Shown piece after piece: positions 23,512 through 34,118 of a DNA stretch of 64,000 nt. Within the stretch, counting starts at the first letter, position 1, and each line of letters starts with the position of its first letter. Origin of the DNA: Diplonema japonicum (lineage: Eukaryota > Protista > Euglenozoa: Diplonemea); contig OZ025667.1 in NCBI GenBank assembly GCA_964019335.1, positions 124,001 through 188,000 of the forward strand, read 5' to 3'. Both the position numbers and the translations under genes were made by a program. The notes beneath the pieces were generated by a model, which saw only the letters and a program-made list of their open reading frames with translations, did no database searches and had not been told where the DNA came from.

Positions 23512-25503
23512 ATGGAGGGCGTGGATGACGAAAACAGCCCAAACAATCAGAGTCACAGAAGCCCGTTGGGGCGGAGCGGAAGGAGAAGGCGGCCGCTTCA
23601 ACCTGATGAATACCCCTATCGTCCTGTGAATGCGCGGGCAGGGCCGGATATGCCTGGGAGGAGCATGGAAAATGTGGAGTGCATTCCTATCAACCCGAAG
23701 GAGCCGGTTCCCTTTGAAACAGCGCTATTCAAGGGTGTAGTACTGATGTGCATACGCAACACTCCAGGTACCGAAACGGACCCGTGGGCAGAAGGCGAGC
23801 GCTTTGCAGGTAAACGCCGGCGGATCGTGTTGACCATCAAAGGGCAGTTCAAAACAAGGCTGCGGCAGAACGAGGTGTTCTGCGGTTTGGTGTGGAAGCG
23901 ACCGCTCGTGAACCTCCCGTGGACCTTCGTCCTCAACGCGGCAGAGAACCTCATCGCCACCCTCTCCCCAGGTGCACACTCCTCCATCGCTTCAAAGGAG
24001 GAGCCGCACTTCCTCAACTTCCTCATCGCCGGTGCCGACACCATCCACGTCACCAACGAAGGTGACCCGCCGCTGGACATCACTGCTGGCATCGTGCCTG
24101 AAAAAACGGAGTATGCATCTCCCAAGAAACGTATGGAGGCCGCGAAGCATGCTGCTAAAAAGCCCCTTCACAATTGGGCATACTGGGAAGTGGGCCCTGA
24201 GTACACATTTGACTTCTATGGCGACAAGGTGGACCTTGTGAGGTTTGTAGCGGCTATCCCGACGCTGCCAGAGTTCCAGTTGCAGAAGTACTTCAACAAG
24301 CAGCCCCTTCCATTCATCGCGCGGACGGACTCCGGTGAAGTGCTGTGGCAGTTCGAGGTGTGGAACGAGGTGCTGTTTGACGACGTCGACGGCGACATGT
24401 CAGGACTGGGAGCCACCGTGCGAGAAGACGACGAGCTGTCCGAGTCGTCCTTCCCACCCACACCCCACGACGAGGGGCAGGCCTCGAGGCACGCTTCTTT
24501 CATGACATGCGCTTCACATGGCGACGACCACCGCATCAGCATCGGCACCCGACCGCCCATCCCTTCTTTGCAGGCATCAGTAGGGCATACTAGAGGTCGG
24601 GCATGGAAGAAGCGTCTGCAAATTGACAAACAGCGATGGGCTGCTTGGGACGAGCATCTCGGCGACCCCACACAACCGCGGCCTTCCGACACATTGTGCG
24701 CTGCAGCCGTTGCCATCACCAGCGTCATCCTGCTGGCGTTTGTCATGTTCTGGTGGTACGACCTTGTGTATGAGAGGTTTGTCGATTCTGTTAGCAGTGT
24801 ACCGAGCGCAGCGGATTGGGGGAGGTCGGTGGCGATATTGGTGTCAGTGCTGATTGTGGGGGCGTTGGTGGGGCAGGTGACAGGGTTCGTGAGGGTTCCG
24901 GAGCGGCGGAGGATTGGGAAGCATGAGCTGTTGCAATTCCTGCTGGCCGTGTGTGTGTCGATCCCGCAGGAGGCGGGGTTCAGAGCGATCATCATTCCTT
25001 ACCACCACGGGGTGGACGACGAAAGCAAAGCGGACGGGAAGAGCACAGTGATGTGGACCGTGCTGAGCATTGTCCTCTTCACAGCGCACTTCCCTGTCAT
25101 GGCGACGACGTGTTTTACTATGGGGTACCCAACCTTCCTGGACCCGAGGTTCTTGTGTCTGGCGGTAGTGGTGGGGGTGGGATGCTCCTCAGTCTACATC
25201 ATCACGGGGTCACTGTGGGTTAGTTCTTTAGTGAACGCTGTTGCATGGACGTCGTGGCTTCTCTTTGCCGGAGGAGCAAAGCGGCTCAGAAGGGTGCGCA
25301 TCATTGTCCCACGTCACGGTGCGTCCTACGGCACTATGCCAGAGCCATTGAGGCCCTCGCGGAACCTGTCCTCCCCTGAGTTATACACCCCCCTTCACAC
25401 GTCCCTTGTGGGCACCCCTCGTGCAACCCCTACAGTTTCTCATGATTTTGATGATTTACCAGAGAGCCCTCTCACCCCACATGAAATTATAGAAGCTTCT
25501 TGA
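23512..25503 (+). CDS. DUF1769 domain fused to a degenerate CPBP (CAAX/Abi) multi-pass membrane domain
   Basis: PFETALFKG, KRRRIVLTIKGQFK, LPW and YTFDFY; C-terminal TM bundle with QEAGFR, PTFLDPRFL and YIITGSLW. Confidence 0.7.
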   Translation: MEGVDDENSPNNQSHRSPLGRSGRRRRPLQPDEYPYRPVNARAGPDMPGRSMENVECIPINPKEPVPFETALFKGVVLMCIRNTPGTETDPWAEGERFAGKRRRIVLTIKGQFKTRLRQNEVFCGLVWKRPLVNLPWTFVLNAAENLIATLSPGAHSSIASKEEPHFLNFLIAGADTIHVTNEGDPPLDITAGIVPEKTEYASPKKRMEAAKHAAKKPLHNWAYWEVGPEYTFDFYGDKVDLVRFVAAIPTLPEFQLQKYFNKQPLPFIARTDSGEVLWQFEVWNEVLFDDVDGDMSGLGATVREDDELSESSFPPTPHDEGQASRHASFMTCASHGDDHRISIGTRPPIPSLQASVGHTRGRAWKKRLQIDKQRWAAWDEHLGDPTQPRPSDTLCAAAVAITSVILLAFVMFWWYDLVYERFVDSVSSVPSAADWGRSVAILVSVLIVGALVGQVTGFVRVPERRRIGKHELLQFLLAVCVSIPQEAGFRAIIIPYHHGVDDESKADGKSTVMWTVLSIVLFTAHFPVMATTCFTMGYPTFLDPRFLCLAVVVGVGCSSVYIITGSLWVSSLVNAVAWTSWLLFAGGAKRLRRVRIIVPRHGASYGTMPEPLRPSRNLSSPELYTPLHTSLVGTPRATPTVSHDFDDLPESPLTPHEIIEAS

Positions 25504-26916
25504 CATGTACAGTCCCCTTCGCTTGAGCAGTAATATATATTGTTAGGTCGAAGCGAAGGTGGACTTATTATTACCTTTTTTTTTTTTTTTTTCTTTACTT
25601 GCGCCCTCTCACGGATGCCATTATTAGCAGCAAAAATGGGTAACTTAGGGCCCTTAGGGTGCTGACATAAAGCCGAGTACCTAAACCATTTTCTCTTTTT
25701 AAAAAAGGTTTTATTCTTATATTCTAGGGTTTTTTTTTCAGCAAAATGATACCTCTAAACATATGGTTTGATTCCCCCCCCCCCCCCCCCCCCTTCTTCT
25801 TTTCACTGATTTTACTAATAATAGAAACTGAGGGGGAAAAAAAGGAAGGGAGGTGGAAACACGGTGAAAGTGGCTGTTTTGCAATGCAGCCAAAAAAAAA
25901 AATATAATAAAAAAAAAATAAAGAGGCTTTCTTTATTGGGTTTCTCTGACGTATTGAACAGGGAGGTTGGTGGGGATGGAGGTTTCCTTCTTCTTTTTTT
26001 TTTTTTTTTCTTCATTAAAAACCTAGGAGGGACAATGTCAAAAGGTCCCCCCGTGGGGTTTGTCTTTCTCCTCCTTTTTTTTTCAAAGTGGGACGTGCCT
26101 GAATAGAGTCTGATTTTTCTCTGTGTGGTGGGGTCTTCCTTTTTATATATTTCTTTTGGGACAACAGCTCCTTATTTGGAGACTGCAACATCTGCGTTCC
26201 ATGCAATGTGTGTTATTTCCCCAAAGAGGGAATTAAATATCTTTTTGGGGGGGAGGAGGAGAAAAAAAAAAAAAAAGAAGTAGAAATTATTCCATCAGTG
26301 TGCCCCCATCGATCCTACGTTGTATTTGATGGGTTGTTGGCTGACAGACATTTCTCCCCCATCACAGTGAATTTTTTTTACCCCCCCCCCCAAACTCTCT
26401 TTCCTTCGGCTCCTTATTACGTATTCGCTCTTTCCTGTTACAAACGACAAAAAAAAAGAAGAAGAAAAAAAAAAAGATTAAAAAAGAAAAGAGGAAAAAA
26501 AAAAAATAAAGAAACGCAATCACATCTTTTTTTCTTTTAAGTATATGGTCGCGGGTTTTTCCAAAAGGTCTTAAACCGTTTTTTTTTTTTTTTTTTTTTT
26601 TTTTTGGCGAGGGCAGAAAATCCCAATTGAGATGATGCTCAGTTGTTGTGGGACAAGAAAACTAAGGTTAACCCTATTTTAATATCAGGTCAGATCCCGA
26701 TGTCAAATTTGAAGGGGAACGGAACCGGGGGGGGGGGAAGAAAAACGTCAAAAGAACTTTTGGGAACACGCAACCATGTATGGGATCCTTTCTTTCTTAT
26801 GCTTAACTTAAAAAAAAATTTTTTTCTTCTCTTTTTTTTTTTTTTTTTTTGTTCCGCCCCCCGACACGAAGCGAGATTTTTTTTCTTTCAAAAGGACAAA
26901 AAAAAAAGAAAAGAAA

Positions 26917-28099
26917 ATGGCTATTTCGGGAATAAACTGGCTGGGGTCCAAGCTAGGTGTAGACATTACTGGCGCATCGAGTGAGAGAGATAACTCAACA
27001 TCGGCAGGAGGTGGGTTTTTTGACCGGATGGGGGCAGCATTGTTCCACACAGAGAAAGAGAAGGAGGAGATCCCCGAGGATGCTTGGGGTTATGTGTACA
27101 ATGAAAGCTCAAAGGTTTGGGAGCCTGATCAGAATGCCCCGGAATGGGCACACAGGGAGCACCGCGAGAGGCTGGAGAACCCTGTTGACGTACATGGAAA
27201 ACCACTTAAAAAAGCAGAAGTGGCACCCCCCCCGCCCCCCCCAGCGCCCACAACCTTCCTCAGCTCCCCCCAAGCCACAGGGAAATACGTGGACTGTTTT
27301 TCAGGCGGGAACGCACAATCACAGGCAGCAGTCCCACCCCCGCGTGTCGGCGCTCCTTCTCTCAACCCCCACGCAGGCAGTAACGGGTTCTCGGAGTCAA
27401 CACCGCAAGACCTGGTGATGCTGAAGGTACGATTTCTTTTTTTTTTTTTTTCCCCTGGGTTCACTCAAACTGAACAGGCGTCTGCTCCCGTCAATGGTAT
27501 GCAGCATCAGCAACCACCGCAGCAGCATCAGCAGCCACAGCACCAGCAGATGGTATTTCTGAGAAAAAATATAAAAAAGGGGGAAAAAAAAAAAACAGGG
27601 CATGCCGACTCAGTTCCACTCTTCAACTCCTACAGTTTCTGCCCCTGCCCCTGCCCCTACCTCTGCCCCTGTTCCTACCTCTGCCCCTGCCCCTACTCCT
27701 GTGCCTTCATCCATGCCTCAGTTCGGAGCACCCCGTCCCGTTGCCACACAGCCGGTGTCTATGGGTGCTCCTCTTCCTGCTAGAGCTCCTGCGATGCAGC
27801 AGCCGCCTATGGGTAGCATTGGTGGGTACTCTGCGGCCCCTGCGCCAGCGCCTGTGTCTGCACCTGCTCCAGTGGCACCTGTGGCACATCCCCCTGTCCC
27901 ATCTCCTGTGCCTCCGGTAGCGGCCGCCCCACGTCATGCTGCTACGGAATACAAGCCTGTCCCTGCTCCCGTACCCGGCCCTGCTCCTGCCGCCCCAACA
28001 ATGCCTACACCATCATACAACCCTACCTACGCCCCATCCTCCTCCTTGACTCAGACCACTCCATCGTATTATCACCCCCCTCCCACATATGGGGCGTGA
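26917..28099 (+). CDS. Proline/glutamine-rich protein, 3 exons
   Basis: Intron 27553-27598 joins ORF 26917 in frame to ORF 27602. Probable 3n intron 27427-27477 removes a poly-Phe stretch. Confidence 0.65.
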
Positions 28100-28912
28100 T
28101 TTCTTTTTTGGCCTGTGCGTTTGACTGTTAGGTTTTTGTTTTTTTTTTATAAAGCATCTGATTTTTTGTTTACACTTTTCTGAATTACCTTGAGACTTGT
28201 AAAGCCGAGAAGGAAACAAAAGCGGAAAGTGCCAAAGGCGGATTCCTTCGGTCGCGCCGTGCTCCCGCTGGTATAATCGGGAAAAGAGAATAGAATTTGG
28301 ACAAGGGGAGAGAGGGTGCAAGCTTGGGGGTGTCAGTGGGGGAAAAGACAGCCTTTGATATTTTACCTTTTTTTTTATTCTTCTCTGGCCCCTTCATAGA
28401 TTTTCGACTGCGCACCATACATTTCTTCTTCCCCCTCCCACGCTTTTCTTAAAATCTTCGTTAGTGTTTTTTTTTCTTCCTTTTTTTTCTTTTTTGTTCC
28501 ACCCCCAGGCCTTCCCCCTTGGTGTTGGTTGCGGACTTTGCTTTACTTTTTACTTTTTTCTTCTAAATAAGCTACACATTAGGCACTTACACCTATGGAC
28601 ACTACAAGCGGGCCTTCCTCGTGTGTGTCTGCACCGCGTGAAGAAACGAATGCTGTGGTGCGGTTCCGGTTCAGTCCCTTTCTCCCGGACCCCCCTACCA
28701 GTTTCACATCACAGTCGCAGTGCTACGCCCATAATGCTCCACATGCCTATCTGAAGGCTTCTTAGTACCTCCCCATCGGCAGATGTGCTTGTGCGATGGT
28801 GTGCGCCTGGCAACATCATGTCTTGTATGCTGAAATGGGTTGACAACTCAGCCCCTTTTCTTTTTCTCGTTTTTCTTAATTTTCACGGTTAAATCGTGTT
28901 TAAGGTTCAAAG

Positions 28913-29998
28913 ATGAGCGACGCACTGATATCGATGCTGCGCGATGCCGACCCAGTACTGGTCACGAAGGGGCTGTGTGCCCTCCTCGCCGTGCACTACG
29001 TGGCGAAGTTCGTACGAGCACGTGCTGACTTCAAGACGATGGGGGCTCGGGCAAAGGACATGACAGGACAGGTTGTGTGGGTGACTGGGGGCAGCAGCGG
29101 GATCGGAGAGGAGCTGGCACAACAGCTTGTGGCGCAGGGAGCGATGGTGGTGATCTCTGCAAGGAGGATGGAGGAGCTGGAGAGGGTGAAGGGGCTGTGC
29201 TGCGACCCTTCGAAGGTGAAGTGTGTGGCTCTGGACATGGCACAGATGGAGCAGATCCCTGAGGTGACGAAGGAGGTTCTCGCCTCTGTTAAGGGGGACT
29301 GGGGGAAGGCGGGGATCGATATTCTGGTGAACAACGCAGGGAGGTCTCAGAGGGGGCTCGTGGAGGAACACCTGGAGAACCTTATGGTGGAGAGGGCTTT
29401 GATGGAGGTGAACTTCTTTGGGACAGTGGCACTGACGAAGGAGGTACTGAGGCAGGACATGCTCGAGAGGAAGGCAGGGCGCATTGTGAACATCTCTTCC
29501 GTTGCAGGTAAGATGGCGGCCCCTGTGAGCGCCTGTTACAGTGCCACAAAGCATGCCCTTCAAGGGTGGAGCGACACCCTGAGGTACGAACTTGCAACTC
29601 AAGGTGTCACTGTTTTGAATGTGTGCCCTGGGCCTATTGCGACTCCTTGCGGTGCGAACGCCATCAACACGAAGGGCGAGGCGTACGGCAATGAGGAGCA
29701 AGCCTACAAGGGGAAGATGCCTGTGGGAGAGTGCTGCAAGTACATCATGGCTGTCATCACCGATCTTGGTATCACTGAGTCGTGGATCTCTCCCCAGCCT
29801 GTTCTGATGTTTGTGTACATGACTCTGTACTTCCCGAGGCTTGCAAGACTCCTTTCCAGCAGCGCTATCCAGAACATCATTGAAGCTTACAAGGTATGCA
29901 TCGTGTCTTGTTGCCGTCACACACCACAGAGCAAGCAAGGGATGTATGGGACGACCTCCTTCATGGGCACTTTGAAGAAGGTCTTCAAGAGGGGGTGA
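28913..29998 (+). CDS. Short-chain dehydrogenase/reductase, DHRS7-like (copy A)
   Basis: TGGSSGIG, NNAGRSQR, SS..GK, YSATKHALQG and CPGP motifs. Probable in-frame intron 29894-29929 at the same position as in copy C. Confidence 0.92.
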   Translation: MSDALISMLRDADPVLVTKGLCALLAVHYVAKFVRARADFKTMGARAKDMTGQVVWVTGGSSGIGEELAQQLVAQGAMVVISARRMEELERVKGLCCDPSKVKCVALDMAQMEQIPEVTKEVLASVKGDWGKAGIDILVNNAGRSQRGLVEEHLENLMVERALMEVNFFGTVALTKEVLRQDMLERKAGRIVNISSVAGKMAAPVSACYSATKHALQGWSDTLRYELATQGVTVLNVCPGPIATPCGANAINTKGEAYGNEEQAYKGKMPVGECCKYIMAVITDLGITESWISPQPVLMFVYMTLYFPRLARLLSSSAIQNIIEAYKVCIVSCCRHTPQSKQGMYGTTSFMGTLKKVFKRG

Positions 29999-30395
29999 TA
30001 TCCTGTGTGTTGGATGAAACGTGTGGCGTGCTAAAAAAGAAACCACTGTCGTGGTGCCTCGCACTCCTGGCTGCGATGTTATTCGCCCAGAGCTCACTTG
30101 GGCATCCACTTGACAACTACAGTTTGTTGAGTCGCAGAAAAGTTTTTTTTGTCTCGCGATTATTTTTTATTCGTTTTTTCTGCTTTTCTTTCTTTAGTGC
30201 AACCCGCGAACCCTTCCTTAGCGTTCAGCTGTTCTTCTAAGCATTGTCTGAGGTGTTCTGATCCCGATGTATTATCTGAAACAAACGAAGTTTTTTTGTT
30301 AAGAAGGTCCACCGCAGCATCTCAACTTGACATTTCTTCCGTGTTTCGGATACAGGTTTTTACTCAATAAATACACTTAAAGAAAAGAAAAAGAT

Positions 30396-30878
30396 ATGCC
30401 TCCAGCAAGTAGCGCATTCAGCAAAGTGAAGAAGGCACCGAAAAAGAAAGAAGTCGAAAAGGTTGAGACGAAAGAAGAAAATAAAGATGCCAAAGTTGGT
30501 AATGAGCAGAAGAAGGATATGATAGGGGCAGTGGTGTGCGGGGGTGTGATTGGATGTGCTTTGTTCAATGTCTTTGGAGGTGTACTTGGGAAGGTGGTGA
30601 TTGGTGGTGCCATCGGGGGAGTCGGTGGCGGAGTTGCCTATCACGCGGGCAGCAAGTGGGTGGAAAAGGACGCCAAGGCAAAGTTAGAGAAGCGACGGGC
30701 CCAAGTACCGAAAAAAAAACAAAAGCAAAAGCTACGCAGCCGCACGGCCTCACTGTCCCCCGCAAACAGCAACAGCAGCCACGGACTGAGCAGCTGCCCG
30801 TCCTCTTCGTCCCTAAGACACGACGGCCGTTCCTCCCAAGGGTCCGACAAGGTCGTCACTTTCACCGGCCTTGCGTAG
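30396..30878 (+). CDS. Small basic protein with glycine-zipper membrane segment
   Basis: GAVVCGGVIG...GGAIGGVGGGVA flanked by Lys-rich segments; 160 aa. Confidence 0.6.
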   Translation: MPPASSAFSKVKKAPKKKEVEKVETKEENKDAKVGNEQKKDMIGAVVCGGVIGCALFNVFGGVLGKVVIGGAIGGVGGGVAYHAGSKWVEKDAKAKLEKRRAQVPKKKQKQKLRSRTASLSPANSNSSHGLSSCPSSSSLRHDGRSSQGSDKVVTFTGLA

Positions 30879-31038
30879 AGCACCTTTCCAGGTGCTTGCC
30901 TTGGTTTAGACTCCGAGTCTCAGAACTTTCTGATGTACTGCCTTCCCAGCCTGATATCTTAGCTTCAAATTCTTGTTAGTAAGTTTCAAAAAGACAAGGG
31001 CCAACGCATCTGCCCAAGAAGGAGGTTCGAAAAATAAA

Positions 31039-32082
31039 ATGAGTGAAGCACTCACTACACTGCTGAATAACCGACCGCTGGTCACGAAGGGGCTGTGTGC
31101 CCTCCTCGCCGTGCACTACGTGGCGAAGTTCGTACGAGCACGTGCTGACTTCAAGACGATGGGGGCTCGGGCAAAGGACATGACAGGACAGGTTGTGTGG
31201 GTGACTGGGGGCAGCAGCGGGATCGGGGAGGAGCTGGCACAACAGCTTGTGGCGCAGGGAGCGATGGTGGTGATCTCTGCAAGGAGGATGGAGGAGCTGG
31301 AGAGGGTGAAGGGGCTGTGCTGCGACCCTTCGAAGGTGAAGTGTGTGGCTCTGGATTTGGCGCAGATGGAGCAGATCCCTGAGGTGACGAAGGAGGTTCT
31401 CGCCTCTGTTAAGGGGGACTGGGGGAAGGCGGGGATCGATATTCTGGTGAACAACGCAGGGAGGTCTCAGAGGGGGCTCGTGGAGGAAAACCTAGAGAAC
31501 CTTGTAGTGGAGAGGGCTTTGATGGAGGTGAACTTCTTTGGGACAGTGGCACTGACGAAGGAGGTACTGAGGCAGGACATGCTCGAGAGGAAGGCAGGGC
31601 GCATTGTGAACATCTCTTCCGTTGCAGGTAAGATGGCGGCCCCTGTGAGCGCCTGTTACAGTGCCACAAAGCATGCCCTTCAAGGGTGGAGCGACACCCT
31701 GAGGTACGAACTTGCAACTCAAGGTGTCACTGTTTTGAATGTGTGCCCTGGGCCTATTGCGACTCCGGGGCCGAGCAACGCAATTGGCGGCACAGGGGGC
31801 GATCTGCGTAACACCAATAGGGGGGACAAGGAGAAAATGACTGTGGGAGAGTGCTGCAAGTACATAGTAAAGGCAATCAGCAATACCGACATCACTGAGT
31901 CGTGGATCTCAAAGCAGCCTGTGCTGGCCTTCGTGTACCTTTCCGTCTACGCCCCTTCCGTCATCAAGCTCATCGCTGGTCCCATTGTGCAGGGCAGGAT
32001 CCGTGCCTACAAGGGCAACGTAGGCATGTATGAGGCGTCCTTGTTGGGGAACATCAAGGATTACATCTTCGGGAAAAAGTAA
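31039..32082 (+). CDS. Short-chain dehydrogenase/reductase, DHRS7-like (copy B, intronless)
   Basis: Same motifs as copy A; near-identical nucleotide core 31078-31766. Confidence 0.92.
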   Translation: MSEALTTLLNNRPLVTKGLCALLAVHYVAKFVRARADFKTMGARAKDMTGQVVWVTGGSSGIGEELAQQLVAQGAMVVISARRMEELERVKGLCCDPSKVKCVALDLAQMEQIPEVTKEVLASVKGDWGKAGIDILVNNAGRSQRGLVEENLENLVVERALMEVNFFGTVALTKEVLRQDMLERKAGRIVNISSVAGKMAAPVSACYSATKHALQGWSDTLRYELATQGVTVLNVCPGPIATPGPSNAIGGTGGDLRNTNRGDKEKMTVGECCKYIVKAISNTDITESWISKQPVLAFVYLSVYAPSVIKLIAGPIVQGRIRAYKGNVGMYEASLLGNIKDYIFGKK

Positions 32083-32358
32083 GGTGTTGACCAGGCCAGG
32101 CAGTCACTCCCTCCCGGGCAGCGACCAGGCACAGATGTAATGTTGCTCCCGAGGAATTGGTGATTCAAAAGCTTGTTTAAAGTGAAACTTATTTTTTCTC
32201 TGCTTCCTCGTTTTTTTTTTTTTTTTTTTTTTTTTTTTTCGTTTTTCTTTTTTATCTTTCAAAAAAAAAAAAAGATTTTATAACTATATGCACTTGTGCC
32301 GAGCAATAAGAATTTCACAGCTTTTTTAAAAGTTTTTTTTTTTTTTTTTTTTTGCTCG

Positions 32359-32398
32359 TGCGAACAACAAGGACATATAGGCATAATGAATTATTTTT
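32359..32398 (+). repeat. Dispersed 40-bp intergenic motif, family 2 (second copy 57359-57398)
   Basis: TGCGAACAACAA(G/A)GACATATAG(G/T)CATAA(T/A)GAATTATTTTT, 37/40 identical. Confidence 0.85.
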
Positions 32399-33080
32399 CT
32401 GTGTGATATTATGCTAGGCGCGTGATACTGTCTTTTTCCTTTCTTTTGCCTTGTTCGATTTTAAAAAAAAAGTAGCCCCCCTCCCCCTCTTAGTTCTTGT
32501 CCCACTAACTCTCAAAATGAAAAGATAAAGGAGAAGAAACCTTAAAAAAAAGAGGGGGTAAAGTAGGAACCACCCCTACTCTTTTTCTCATCTAGGCGAT
32601 CCTGTCACATACTGCAGGTTCCCTTCAAAGACACCTTTTTCTTTCGTCTTCCATTTTTGAAAAGGAGGGAGGGAAAAAAAAAGAATAAAACCATATGCAC
32701 GTGAAGCAGTCCTTCACGTGAAAGCACATTTTATGTCTTTTTCCTATTCTCAATATTGTAGTTTTTTATTTGGTGTTTTTTTATTTGCCCCTCAGAGACC
32801 TAAAACACCCCCTGTTTTGCGGTCGAAAAAAGAAAGCATTTGAAACATCCCCCCCCCATTTTTCGGTTCTCTGTTTTTTCGCTTCCCGGAGCCAAAAGGT
32901 TGCAAAGCCTGTCAATTGAACGGCTGGAGATACACCATATATGTCATCTTTCTATGGTTGCATGCCGCCCTTCTTTTGCTCAAAACGAATTTGAAAACAA
33001 GAAACAAAAAGTACTGGCAATTTTAATCTGGACGCACATCTCAACACATACACAGCAGGGGTAGAAGGAGAAGGCCTTCT

Positions 33081-33992
33081 ATGGACGTACACGATGTGAA
33101 AGAACTCATAAAAGAAATGGAGGTGTGGGTAGAGAGGGACCGTGCCCAACGAGAGACGTCGCTTGGGGTGAAGAACTCGATGAGGAGAATCTTGTCGGAG
33201 TACTCGTTCCAGAGAGAGGAGGGGCTAAAACAACTGTTGAAACTAGTGAAGGAATTGGTGTCGAAATGCGCAGAATGGTGTGGGGACCACCCGTTGGACG
33301 GCAAAGTGGGCGACGTGACAGTATGCGAAAGAGTGCTCCGAGCGGTGTTCCCGAAAACGCCCCCTCCGTCGGTGCTACATCAAATGTGTTACACATCTAC
33401 CGCAGAGCGGCGGTTAGCAATGGCGGTCCTTGAAGGACTATGTATTTTATCACGTCAGGAACAGCAAGCGTTTATTGAAGCAAGAGGCATCGGGACTGTG
33501 GATGATGAGTTCAAGAAGTACATCGACGGTCCCACGTCGGACACAGAGGTCATCGGTGCGCTGTGTGCATCTCTTGATGCACTGCTTGCCGCGTGCCTTG
33601 ACAAGCCTGGTGCGCAGCACCAGATGATCGACATAGGGATGCCCACCACGCTGTGCACCATCCTCAAGAGTGTAGAGACCGACGTCGATCTCAAGTACAA
33701 GATAGTGGAGTTTTTTTCCCTTCTCCTCCGTGTCACGCAGCTCGTCGACGGCACTGTCTCTGACGCGTCCCGCGGCCCCCTCCCTCCGCAAGACTCCCTC
33801 CCCCCTTACAACCGATTCTCTTCATCACTCCGTGCCTCCCTTGGCACTGACATCTTCCACCGCCTCCCCCACTGCGTCACTCTTCGGACACCTGCCACCA
33901 CCACCCCTGCTACCTTTATAGCCAAACGCCCTACCATCAGGGAGAGGGACCTCCGCACCCAAGCAGAAATTATAGCACAGCTTGCTGCTTGA
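33081..33992 (+). CDS. ARM-like protein resembling the SIN-component Cdc14 (S. pombe type)/ISI1 family
   Basis: LAMAVLEGLCILS...F, SLDALLAACLD.P..Q and DVDLKYKIVEFFSLLL resemble that family by eye. Confidence 0.55.
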   Translation: MDVHDVKELIKEMEVWVERDRAQRETSLGVKNSMRRILSEYSFQREEGLKQLLKLVKELVSKCAEWCGDHPLDGKVGDVTVCERVLRAVFPKTPPPSVLHQMCYTSTAERRLAMAVLEGLCILSRQEQQAFIEARGIGTVDDEFKKYIDGPTSDTEVIGALCASLDALLAACLDKPGAQHQMIDIGMPTTLCTILKSVETDVDLKYKIVEFFSLLLRVTQLVDGTVSDASRGPLPPQDSLPPYNRFSSSLRASLGTDIFHRLPHCVTLRTPATTTPATFIAKRPTIRERDLRTQAEIIAQLAA

Positions 33993-34118
33993 CCCGTTTT
34001 TTTTAATAATACTTTTTTTCTTCTTCTTCTTTTTCTTATTTGTTTCAGGCTTTTGGTTGTGGTTTCTGGTTGTCTTTTTTTGTTTTCCATTTCGTAACCC
34101 GACACCGCAGGCCAAGGG

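Noticed and set aside
25644-25659. Two TTAGGG units
   Set aside because: Too few for an interstitial telomere.
26648-32505. GTGGGACAAGAA(AA)CTAAG present at ~26649 (+) and ~32489 (-)
   Set aside because: Short and gapped; it may be a real repeat fragment but cannot be distinguished from chance here.
32698-32720. Perfect 9-bp hairpin CACGTGAAG-CAGTC-CTTCACGTG, IRE-like
   Set aside because: The loop is not CAGUGN and there is no bulged C; a single short occurrence.
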